Shown here: positions 9,349 to 17,083 of the stretch, piece by piece
How the letters are laid out: each line of letters opens with the position of its first letter
How positions within the stretch are numbered: position 1 is the first letter of the stretch
NCBI GenBank assembly: GCA_963621825.1
Contig: CAVFFP010000005.1
Span: forward strand, 7,417-71,416
DNA from: a bacterium
GTDB lineage: Bacteria > Bacillota_I > Bacilli_A > RFN20 > CAG-288
DNA: 64,000 nucleotides
Direction: 5' to 3'
Position numbers and translations under genes: made by a program
Notes under the pieces: generated by a model
The model's input: the letters and a program-made list of their open reading frames with translations, nothing else
What the model was told of the DNA's origin: nothing
The model's database searches: none

Positions 9349-10192
9349 ATGATTGAAAGAAACATATACAAGGAGACTAAAAAGGCAGTTAAGGAAAAAA
9401 CAGTGGTAGTTATCACTGGTGCAAGGCAAGTAGGAAAGACGATGCTTTGTACTGATAGGATTCAAAAAGAATTAGGATTTTCCTATGTTTCTTTAGCGGA
9501 CGCTATATTAAGAGCATCTGCAACAGAAAATCCTAAAGCCTTTTTATCTTTGCATCTTGCGCCTCTTATCATTGATGAGATAAAAAAGGCACCTAGCTTA
9601 TTTGATTACTTAGAGGGGGCGGTTGATGAACAGAAAAGAAAAGGAAATAAAACTTCCTTATATATTCTCACCGGTTCTGAGACGTATAAATTAAAACAAG
9701 GCGTCAGTGAATCTGTGCGCGGGAAGTAACCTTCATTCATCTGTTACAGCCTTATAATGACTCTTCTATCAAATGTCAGATTATCAAAAGACCCAAGGTT
9801 TATTTTTCCCATACTGGTCTTGCCTGTTATCTAACAAAGGTAAATGGCAAAGAGACATGATTGCCTCCTATTTAAAAGGACATATGCTAGAGACCTATAT
9901 CATCAATGAGATACTGAAATCCTATTCCAATAACCGAAAAGATAAATCATCCTCGTTCTATTATTATCGTGATTCTCAACAGAACGAAATAGACCTTATC
10001 ATCTTAAATGATGGAAAACTTACCGCATTAGAATGTAAAAACGGAGAACAGTATTTCTCTAAAGATTTAAAAGCGACAAAAGTATTAAAGACGGTTCATT
10101 ATACAATTGAATCCAAAGCAATCATCTGTACCTGTAAGTCTGTTTATCCTGTCGGTGATGATTGCCATCTGTTACCTGTGACTGCAATTTAA
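9349..10192 (+). pseudogene. Decayed AAA ATPase / DUF4143-family gene with frameshifts and an internal deletion
   Basis: The N-terminal piece (MIERNIYKE...VVVITGARQVGKT...SESVRGK*) stops at 9729. The family motif KRPKVYFSHTGLACYL is readable only in another frame around 9785-9835. The C-terminal piece (9773..10192) ends with the nuclease-like NEIDLIILNDGKLTALECK. The total length of about 0.84 kb compares with about 1.35 kb for the intact paralogs. Confidence 0.7.
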
Positions 10193-10195
10193 TTG

Positions 10196-11545
10196 TTACA
10201 AATCAGACAGATTGAGCTGATATTTCATGTCCTGGATTTCATCTTTTCTGAAAAACATAATCATATAGATTGGAAGATAGATTTTCTTTCCGTTCTGTTC
10301 GATGTTGTTGTTTGAAAAAATATATCCTTTTTCAGTATCCGGATTATTTGCTAATAAATTATCTAATGCGTTATGCTTTTTGTAATTCTTTCCAGACTTA
10401 ATTTCTAAAGGAATCACATGACCCTTATTTTCAATCAGGAAATCAATTTCTCCTAGTTTGTTATTTTTGTAATAATACAAATTAAACCCTTTGGATGCTA
10501 ATTCTTCTGCAATAGCATTTTCATATATTGAACCAAAGTTAATATCATTCTCTTTATTTAAGATCTTTATTTGCAGATTGTTGTCCATATACATGCTTGC
10601 AAGCAATCCAACATCGCAGTGGAATAACTTAAATAGGTTTCTGGATTTGCTTAAGATCAACGGAGTCTTCGGTTCGTCTGCACAATATACCGGTAATGCA
10701 ACACCTGCATCCTTTAACCAAAGAAAGCTGTTTTCATATCGATTGAATTTTACATTCTCGTTCAGATTCTTCATTATGAATCTTTTGTTTTGATTATTCA
10801 ATTCGCTAGGTATCAGATCGAATATTTCCTTGATATAGAGTTTGTTTGCTGAATCATATTTTGCAATATCCTGTCGATATGCGTTGTTGATAGATAATTG
10901 TTCTTCGACAACTTCTTTTAGATTATTAGTCTCGATGTATTTGTTCAGAACAGAAGGCATACCGCCGACAATCAAATATAAATGGAAAGCGTCAATCAGT
11001 CTTTTATGAATGATATCGTCTACAGGGGTCAGCGTGTCGAAATTATCATGCAGCTTATCGATAACGGCTTGATTAAGTCCGTTTGCAATCAAAAATTCCT
11101 CAAAATCTATTGGAAACATTTGCAAAGAATCCATGTATCCAACGGGAATGGAACGGATATCTTTTAATTCAGTTCCAAGCAAGGATCCACTTAATATGTA
11201 TCGGTAGGATCCTTCTTCAACGAGAAATTTAATTGCAGTGATGATATTGGAACTGACTTGTACTTCATCGAGAAAGATAACTGTTTTACCCTTATATAGT
11301 TTTTTGTTTGTTAATGCGGATAAACGAAATAACAAATCATTGGAATCCACTGCGTTGTCTATTGCTTTAGCGGCAATTTCGTTTTCAAGAAGATTTAGTT
11401 CGATATAATAGTCTTCTCCTAATTCCTCTCTTAAAAATTCTCTGATGATAAATGTTTTTCCAATCTGTCTTGCACCTGTGATCAGCAACGCTTTGGTGCT
11501 GTTGTTTTTCCAATTGATGATTTTTGATTTGATTTTTCTGTACAT
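10196..11545 (-). CDS. AAA ATPase (AAA_14 type) with a DUF4143 / PD-(D/E)xK-like C-terminus (COG1373-like)
   Basis: 449 aa. Walker A is ITGARQIGKT and Walker B is IFLDEVQ. The C-terminal GEIDFLIENKGHVIPLEIKSG fits a D...E-x-K nuclease-like motif. Confidence 0.85.
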   Translation of the reverse strand: MYRKIKSKIINWKNNSTKALLITGARQIGKTFIIREFLREELGEDYYIELNLLENEIAAKAIDNAVDSNDLLFRLSALTNKKLYKGKTVIFLDEVQVSSNIITAIKFLVEEGSYRYILSGSLLGTELKDIRSIPVGYMDSLQMFPIDFEEFLIANGLNQAVIDKLHDNFDTLTPVDDIIHKRLIDAFHLYLIVGGMPSVLNKYIETNNLKEVVEEQLSINNAYRQDIAKYDSANKLYIKEIFDLIPSELNNQNKRFIMKNLNENVKFNRYENSFLWLKDAGVALPVYCADEPKTPLILSKSRNLFKLFHCDVGLLASMYMDNNLQIKILNKENDINFGSIYENAIAEELASKGFNLYYYKNNKLGEIDFLIENKGHVIPLEIKSGKNYKKHNALDNLLANNPDTEKGYIFSNNNIEQNGKKIYLPIYMIMFFRKDEIQDMKYQLNLSDL

Positions 11546-11578
11546 ATTCTTTTGATTCCTAAAACTATTTTAAAGGAG

Positions 11579-11662
11579 TTTGTCCACTTTTACAACCTTA
11601 AAATGTACTATTTTGTCCGTTTATAGAACTTTTTCAATGCCAGATTGTCCGTTTTTACAACA
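11579..11662 (-). repeat. Three direct repeats at 32-33 bp spacing upstream of ATPase gene 10196..11545
   Basis: On the coding strand the copies are TTGTAAAAACGGACAAT, TCTATAAACGGACAAAA and TTGTAAAAGTGGACAAA. The plus-strand TGTCC cores are at 11581, 11614 and 11646. The proximal copy supplies a TTGTAA -35, 17 nt upstream of a TAAAAT -10. Confidence 0.7.
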
Positions 11663-11703
11663 GTTGAGCTGATTTAATCAGTTGTGAATTCATGAAATAG
11701 AGA

Positions 11704-11732
11704 TAAAAAAATTCCAGGTTTTCACCTGGAAT
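11704..11732 (-). terminator. Rho-independent terminator of maa
   Basis: The stem is ATTCCAGGT (11711-11719) and ACCTGGAAT (11724-11732). A T7 run follows on the minus strand (plus-strand A-run 11704-11710). Confidence 0.75.
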
Positions 11733-11750
11733 AAGTCAAATAGTTTTAAT

Positions 11751-12365
11751 TTAGAACAGTTCTTTTTTCAGATAGACAGAATCGGATTCATCAATCATGC
11801 GAATCGGCTTGGCGGGAACTCCGTAGGCGATATATCCGTCAGGAATTGTGCCTGTTACGACACTGCCAGCTCCGATGACACAGTTGTTCCCGATTCTGGC
11901 ACCAGCACAGATGGTGACATTGGATGCAATCCAGCAATTGGAACCGATGACAATCTTCTTTCCGTATTCTAAGTCTGTCAATCCATTTTCACCATTGAAT
12001 TGGTTTCTCTCGGTTGCTAGGAGTGGATGAAGAGGTGTGTTGATAGAAACATTAGGTCCACAGAAGACGTTGTCTCCGATGATGACTTCGCAGACATCAA
12101 GGCAAGTGAAATTGAAGTTGCAGTAAAAATTATCGCCGGCGTGGAAGTTGAATCCATAATCGAAGTAGATAGGCCCTGTGATTCCGGGATTCAATCCGAT
12201 ATTGGGAAGGAGTTTTTTGATGATTTTAGCTCTTTCTTCTACCTGATCTTCCGATAATCTGTTGTATTCGAAGCAAAGCCTATGTGCAGTTCTTCGTAGT
12301 TCAGAAAGCTCCTCTACGTTTGGATCGTAGAGCTTTCCGACTGTCATTTTCTCTAGTTCCGTCAT
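11751..12365 (-). CDS. maa: Maltose/galactoside O-acetyltransferase (hexapeptide-repeat family)
   Basis: 204 aa. The N-terminal Mac-type segment is GKLYDPNVEELSELRRTAHRLCFEYN. Left-handed beta-helix hexapeptide repeats follow (IGSNCWIASNVTICAGARIGNNCVIGAGSVV). Confidence 0.85.
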   Translation of the reverse strand: MTELEKMTVGKLYDPNVEELSELRRTAHRLCFEYNRLSEDQVEERAKIIKKLLPNIGLNPGITGPIYFDYGFNFHAGDNFYCNFNFTCLDVCEVIIGDNVFCGPNVSINTPLHPLLATERNQFNGENGLTDLEYGKKIVIGSNCWIASNVTICAGARIGNNCVIGAGSVVTGTIPDGYIAYGVPAKPIRMIDESDSVYLKKELF

Positions 12366-12372
12366 AGTGATA

Positions 12373-12972
12373 CTAGGCTTCTATTTCAAAGTAGTTAAGA
12401 TAGAGTGCATAGGAGGATTCATCGCTGACTTTGAAATAATTGGTGAATTTTGCTGTGTAGATGATAGCGTTGCTTTCCTGCTTTTTGCTTTCCCATTCTA
12501 TGCTTTCTGTAGGGTTCTCTGTATTTCCGACAAAGATGGTCGGAACACCGGTATATTCTCCTTTATCTAAGACGGATAAGGTGATGGTACCAGTTGCCAT
12601 TGTCTTATTGTAGAAATAAGAAACACCTTTCTTCATCTGAATGGTGTTAGCGTAATCACCGGTACCACGCTGCATATAATCTCCGAAGAGATCAAAACCA
12701 TCATGAGAGAAGTCGAATTCATTGTTGTACTTGCTTTGTCCTGTTTCTGGGATGTCTTCGTTGGTGAAGGTGTATTTCTTTGTGGCAGGTGCATCGGATT
12801 TGCTTTCTGATTCGGAAGAAACCGTGCTATCGGATGTAGCTGAACTTTCTGTCGACGCTTTTTCGGATGTGTTTCCTGTTGTGTCAGGAGTAGACTCAGA
12901 CGAGGTCTGTTCCTTGTTTCCACATGAGACAAGAAGAAGGAGAGAAAAGAGAGCGATAATCTGTTTTTTCAT
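12373..12972 (-). CDS. Lipoprotein of unknown function with an S/T-rich linker
   Basis: 199 aa with lipobox LLLVSCGN, an S/T/E-rich low-complexity region and a C-terminal domain of about 120 aa. Its start overlaps the tilS stop by 4 nt. Confidence 0.6.
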   Translation of the reverse strand: MKKQIIALFSLLLLVSCGNKEQTSSESTPDTTGNTSEKASTESSATSDSTVSSESESKSDAPATKKYTFTNEDIPETGQSKYNNEFDFSHDGFDLFGDYMQRGTGDYANTIQMKKGVSYFYNKTMATGTITLSVLDKGEYTGVPTIFVGNTENPTESIEWESKKQESNAIIYTAKFTNYFKVSDESSYALYLNYFEIEA

Positions 12973-14195
12973 TTTAATATGCCTTTCTGATATTTGAGCT
13001 GAAAAGGAATCTTTCCTTTTTTGATATCTTGAAAGAAGGGTACATAGAAGATTTTACCATCTTTGACGAAAACTGGATATAGTGGATAGAGATAGAGAGG
13101 AACATCCTGTTTTTTTAAGAAGAGGGAAACCTCTTTGATTCCAAGATTGGTTGAGATTTCATCTCCTTCTTTATAATTTCGGATCTTAATTGGGAATCCT
13201 TTGATGTTGAAAGCGTTGCTGTCGTTCAAGTCTGCGCTGAAGTATTCGTTATCGATTGTTGCAGGCTCTGCAATTTCAAACTGATACGATAGTCTTTCAA
13301 AAGGAACGGAAAGGAAGAATTCCTCGTTTGTTCGATAGAGAACCAAGTCATCATCAATTCGGAATGATTTGTTTCCTTTCTTTTTCAGAAAGTCTTTCAT
13401 CCTCTTTGCAATTCCTTCTCTTCCACATTTTACAAAATGGGAATCGAGCAGATAGAAACAATAACGTTGTTTATCTTCTTCTGACCATGTGTCATAGATT
13501 GAGAATGATATACCATTCTTATTTGATGAAAATAGGTTGTAAATAGTTTCCAGTCTATCGTTCTCTTTATCCATCTCATCGATGATCTGATTCAGTTCGT
13601 TTTCTTTTAGCTTGCTTCTGATGCGGTTTCTTTCCTTTTTCACATCAAGATTTGTGATGTCATCATAGTAAGGAAGATGAAGATTGTCCAGTTCCTCTGT
13701 CAGTTCTTTTTTGGATATATTAAGAAGAGGACGAATCAGCTTCATTCCTTTTAATGTAGTGACGGAATTCAGACCATAATGATAAGGAAGATTCTTTCTC
13801 TTTTTCTGAAGGAGATAGGTTTCTACGACATCTGTCTTCTGATGTGCAGTCAAAAGAGCAGAATATCCGTTCTCTTTGATGATCTTCGCAAATAAGTCAT
13901 ATCGGTATTCTCTTGCCCACTCTTCGAAGTTATGATCTTTTTCTTTGTTGTAGTGAACATCATCCTTATGTAACTTCAGGTTATATTTATCGACATAATA
14001 TTTGACGATTCTCTCTTCTTCTTCCACATAAGGGGAATCATGATAGTCGATATAGCTAATGGAAACCTTCTTATTCAGATCATTTTTATATAAAAGAGAA
14101 AGGCGATATAAAAGATAGACGGAATCCGGACCACCGGAAAAAGCCAACAGAAAAGTATCTTCCTTCAGTTCATCTAGACAAAGAAGTTCTTTCAT
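12969..14195 (-). CDS. tilS: tRNA(Ile)-lysidine synthase
   Basis: 408 aa with the PP-loop motif SGGPDS near the N-terminus. The synteny with the S4-domain and divIC-like genes matches Bacillus-type gene order. Confidence 0.85.
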   Translation of the reverse strand: MKELLCLDELKEDTFLLAFSGGPDSVYLLYRLSLLYKNDLNKKVSISYIDYHDSPYVEEEERIVKYYVDKYNLKLHKDDVHYNKEKDHNFEEWAREYRYDLFAKIIKENGYSALLTAHQKTDVVETYLLQKKRKNLPYHYGLNSVTTLKGMKLIRPLLNISKKELTEELDNLHLPYYDDITNLDVKKERNRIRSKLKENELNQIIDEMDKENDRLETIYNLFSSNKNGISFSIYDTWSEEDKQRYCFYLLDSHFVKCGREGIAKRMKDFLKKKGNKSFRIDDDLVLYRTNEEFFLSVPFERLSYQFEIAEPATIDNEYFSADLNDSNAFNIKGFPIKIRNYKEGDEISTNLGIKEVSLFLKKQDVPLYLYPLYPVFVKDGKIFYVPFFQDIKKGKIPFQLKYQKGILK

Positions 14196-14482
14196 GGATG
14201 ATATTCAATGACGACATCTTTTGCAGGAATATAGAGGTTATCCCCTTCAAAGTAAATTCTTGCATAGTCTTCGTCTTTGATGTTCTCGTTCTCTTTGGCA
14301 AGATCTTTGTATTTCTCGACAATCGCAGCTTCTTTGGCTTTGAGTTCCTGGTTCTGCTTGATCTTGTAGGCGGAAAGGATGACAAGGACAACCAAAACAA
14401 TGGCACAAAGTCCCATGATGACAATGTAGAGGATGGAAAGCTTCTTGCTAGAACGTGTATTGGACGCAGTGTACTCTTTCAT
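14192..14482 (-). CDS. Septum-formation-initiator-like (DivIC/FtsB family) bitopic membrane protein
   Basis: 96 aa with one TM helix, then a coiled-coil segment and a short C-terminal beta segment. Its position between the S4-domain gene and tilS matches yabO-divIC-tilS synteny. Confidence 0.5.
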   Translation of the reverse strand: MKEYTASNTRSSKKLSILYIVIMGLCAIVLVVLVILSAYKIKQNQELKAKEAAIVEKYKDLAKENENIKDEDYARIYFEGDNLYIPAKDVVIEYHP

Positions 14483-14483
14483 A

Positions 14484-14735
14484 TCAGTCTCCTATGATTT
14501 CATACATCTTGGATGCATTGTCGATGGTAGATACCATTCGAATCTCTTTTACCTTGGCTTTGACGCTTTTTCCTCCTAAGGGGGAGATGATCTGAATAAT
14601 ATCATCCAGTTTCACCTCACTAGAGGGTTTGGCGACTTTGTCGTTAAGAAGGACGTATCCTTTATCGATGAATTGTTTCGCAGCCTCTCTTCTTTTGATG
14701 AGACGGCTAACTTTAAGATATTTATCTAATCTCAT
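14484..14735 (-). CDS. S4-domain RNA-binding protein (YabO/Hsp15-like)
   Basis: 83 aa beginning MRLDKYLKVSRLIKRREAAKQFIDKGYVLLNDKVAKPS, which is a canonical S4 motif. Confidence 0.8.
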   Translation of the reverse strand: MRLDKYLKVSRLIKRREAAKQFIDKGYVLLNDKVAKPSSEVKLDDIIQIISPLGGKSVKAKVKEIRMVSTIDNASKMYEIIGD

Positions 14736-14770
14736 AATGTGTACCTTCTAATATCTTATCATAAAACTGA

Positions 14771-14805
14771 ATAAGAAAAACCCTCGGTTCGGATTCCGAG
14801 GGTTT
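14771..14805 (-). terminator. Rho-independent terminator of rplM-rpsI
   Basis: The stem is AAACCCTCGG (14778-14787) and CCGAGGGTTT (14796-14805). On the minus strand it is followed by TTTTTCTTATT. Confidence 0.85.
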
Positions 14806-14845
14806 CTTCTTTTGTTGTTGCTGGACAAGCTCGGCAAACGCTGGA

Positions 14846-15253
14846 TTAACGCTTGGAGAACTGCTTGTCTTTTCTAGCCTTACGAAGACCGTATTTCTTA
14901 CGCTCAACAACTCTGGCATCAACTGTCAAGAGTCCCTTAGCGCGGAGAAGCGGCTTGTTTGCATCATTGGCTTTGACAAGGGCTCTGGCGATACCTAATC
15001 TTAAGGCACCGGTCTGACCATTGTAACCACCACCGACGATGTTGGCCTTGATGTCGTACTTTCCTTCTGTGCTAGTGACAACCAAAGGCTGTGTGGCATC
15101 GAGGATAAGAACCTTGTGAGGGAAGTACTCATCGATTTTCTTTCCGTTGACGATGATCTCGCCATTGCCAGGAGTAAGGAAGACTCTAGCCACAGAAGAT
15201 TTTCTTCTTCCGACGGCGGAGTAGATAAGCTTTTCAGATTTTGTGTTAGCCAT
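14846..15253 (-). CDS. rpsI: 30S ribosomal protein S9
   Basis: 135 aa with the typical C-terminus ...RKARKDKQFSKR. It lies immediately downstream of rplM. Confidence 0.95.
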   Translation of the reverse strand: MANTKSEKLIYSAVGRRKSSVARVFLTPGNGEIIVNGKKIDEYFPHKVLILDATQPLVVTSTEGKYDIKANIVGGGYNGQTGALRLGIARALVKANDANKPLLRAKGLLTVDARVVERKKYGLRKARKDKQFSKR

Positions 15254-15256
15254 ATT

Positions 15257-15712
15257 TTACTTCTCCCTCTTAGCAGTCAGCTCGACTTCGATCGGATTGT
15301 GTGCCTGTCTGTCATGCTCCGGACCGGCATAAACGAATAACTTCTTGATCATCTCTTTGCCAAGCGGGCCCTTAGGAAGCATTCCCTTGACGGCTCTTCT
15401 GATCATTTCAGTAGGATATTCCTTCTTCATGACCTTGGCACTTCTGGTTCTGAGACCACCATAATTGTTGGACTTGTTGTCATAGTACATCTTATTATGG
15501 ATTTTGTCTCCGGTCAACCAGACCTTCGAGCAGTTGACGACGATGACATAGTCACCATTGTCAAAGTTCGGTGTGTACTGCGGCTTGTTCTTGCCCATCA
15601 GTACGACAGCGATTTCGGAGGCTAATCGACCAAGGGGCTTATCGGAAGCATCAACGACGTACCAATTCTTGGCGACGTCCGTCTTCTTGTAAATAGTAGT
15701 TTGACGTTGCAT
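15257..15712 (-). CDS. rplM: 50S ribosomal protein L13
   Basis: 151 aa containing ...NWYVVDASDKPLGRLASEIAVVLMGKNKPQYTPN..., which is canonical L13. Confidence 0.95.
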   Translation of the reverse strand: MQRQTTIYKKTDVAKNWYVVDASDKPLGRLASEIAVVLMGKNKPQYTPNFDNGDYVIVVNCSKVWLTGDKIHNKMYYDNKSNNYGGLRTRSAKVMKKEYPTEMIRRAVKGMLPKGPLGKEMIKKLFVYAGPEHDRQAHNPIEVELTAKREK

Positions 15713-15788
15713 TTTCTATTCTTACCTTTCTTGTATCTTGAGGAAACTGTAACCTTACCGGGGTGTAGTTCACAATTAGCCATAGGGT

Positions 15789-15816
15789 ATTTTATCATTT
15801 TCTAGAGAAAAATCAA
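15789..15816 (-). promoter_or_regulatory. Candidate sigma-A promoter of rplM-rpsI
   Basis: The minus strand reads TTGATT (15811-15816), a 16 nt spacer ending in TGa, then TAAAAT (15789-15794). This leaves a leader of about 75 nt before the ATG. Confidence 0.4.
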
Positions 15817-16214
15817 TTCATATTTTATGTTTTTACTATAGTAAGTGTTCTTTTTTCTAGATGATAAAACTATGAATTTGATGTGAAACAATCCTTTTCG
15901 TTTGCAATTTTGGGCCTAAGTATGCTTTGGAATGATGATGTAAATCACATAAAAGTTTCGTTAAGTTTGCCAAACTAATTACATAACTAAAAATTGTTTA
16001 TTCTAAACTATCGAGTTAATATATACTAAGATGATTGCTGCTTATGCTGATAACACTTTATTAAAAACATTTTTTTGCAAAGTTTAACTTTTATTGACTT
16101 CTCTTAACTTCAGTATACTTTGATTAACTTTATGTGATAAGTAAGCACTAAGTGTCAAAAATCATATGATGAAATAATGTCTGTTTTTTATAACGGGCGC
16201 AACGAATGGTGATT

Positions 16215-17078
16215 CTAATTACATTCAGTTTGTGAATTTATTTCTTGTGTTTTGTTGTTTATTCTTACTTTGTCGTGAATGAAATACTTTACTGAATAGA
16301 AGATTGCAAGTGTGATTGTGGCACCGGTAGTTACGTCGGATGCGAAATGTGCACCAGCGATAACGCGAGATACCATCACAGAGATGAGCCAGAGGTAAGA
16401 GATACCGACAGTGATTGCATAACCGACTTTCTTTCTTCTCGAGAATACATCAGGAAGCAAAGTGATGACCACAATACATGCAGCGTTAGCGGAGTGGCCA
16501 GACGGGAAGGAGTTTCCGCCTCCGAACCAATTTGGCAAATACCATGGAATGAACTCAGTGATAGGATCACTCATATCTCTCATTCTAGGACGGCCCCAAA
16601 TAACTTTGATGAGATTCACAAATACCTGCTGTCCTAAAATTGTCAATATTGCGATGATTGCAACTGTTTTCAACTCATCGCCGTGTTTTTTACAAAGCCA
16701 TTTCATCGAAAAGTAGGATGCCGCACAATTAGGAAGCATTAAGGCAATACCATATATCCAGGCTTTGCTTACCTTCAGATAGTTGAGCACAAAAAACGGA
16801 AGCAAGAATCCGTATGCGAGCATACCTACTACTGCAATGATTGCAATCAGTATATTTTTCCATTTGACGTTCTTGTTACGCGTTATAAATAAGATTGTGA
16901 ATCCTATCAATGCGATGAAGGTAAAAGGAACCTCACCAATCACCTCAAAAATCTTACCGAACAGATTTTCTTTGTTGTACATAGCGTTAGAGATATCCAA
17001 GTCGAAAAACGCAAAGGTGGTCATTGCAGCTATGTATAGTAGAAGCGGTATTCCTATTTTACAGACTTTTTTACACAT
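16215..17078 (-). CDS. PAP2-family membrane phosphatase
   Basis: 287 aa polytopic protein. The three PAP2 motifs are KVIWGRPRMRD, SFPSGHSA and SRVIAGAHFASDV. Confidence 0.8.
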   Translation of the reverse strand: MCKKVCKIGIPLLLYIAAMTTFAFFDLDISNAMYNKENLFGKIFEVIGEVPFTFIALIGFTILFITRNKNVKWKNILIAIIAVVGMLAYGFLLPFFVLNYLKVSKAWIYGIALMLPNCAASYFSMKWLCKKHGDELKTVAIIAILTILGQQVFVNLIKVIWGRPRMRDMSDPITEFIPWYLPNWFGGGNSFPSGHSANAACIVVITLLPDVFSRRKKVGYAITVGISYLWLISVMVSRVIAGAHFASDVTTGATITLAIFYSVKYFIHDKVRINNKTQEINSQTECN

Positions 17079-17083
17079 GATTC

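Noticed and set aside
15713-15790. A ribosomal protein L13 leader RNA upstream of rplM.
   Set aside because: The location is plausible, but I could not recognise the conserved structure by eye. It needs a covariance-model search, so it is left as a note under the 15713..16214 finding.
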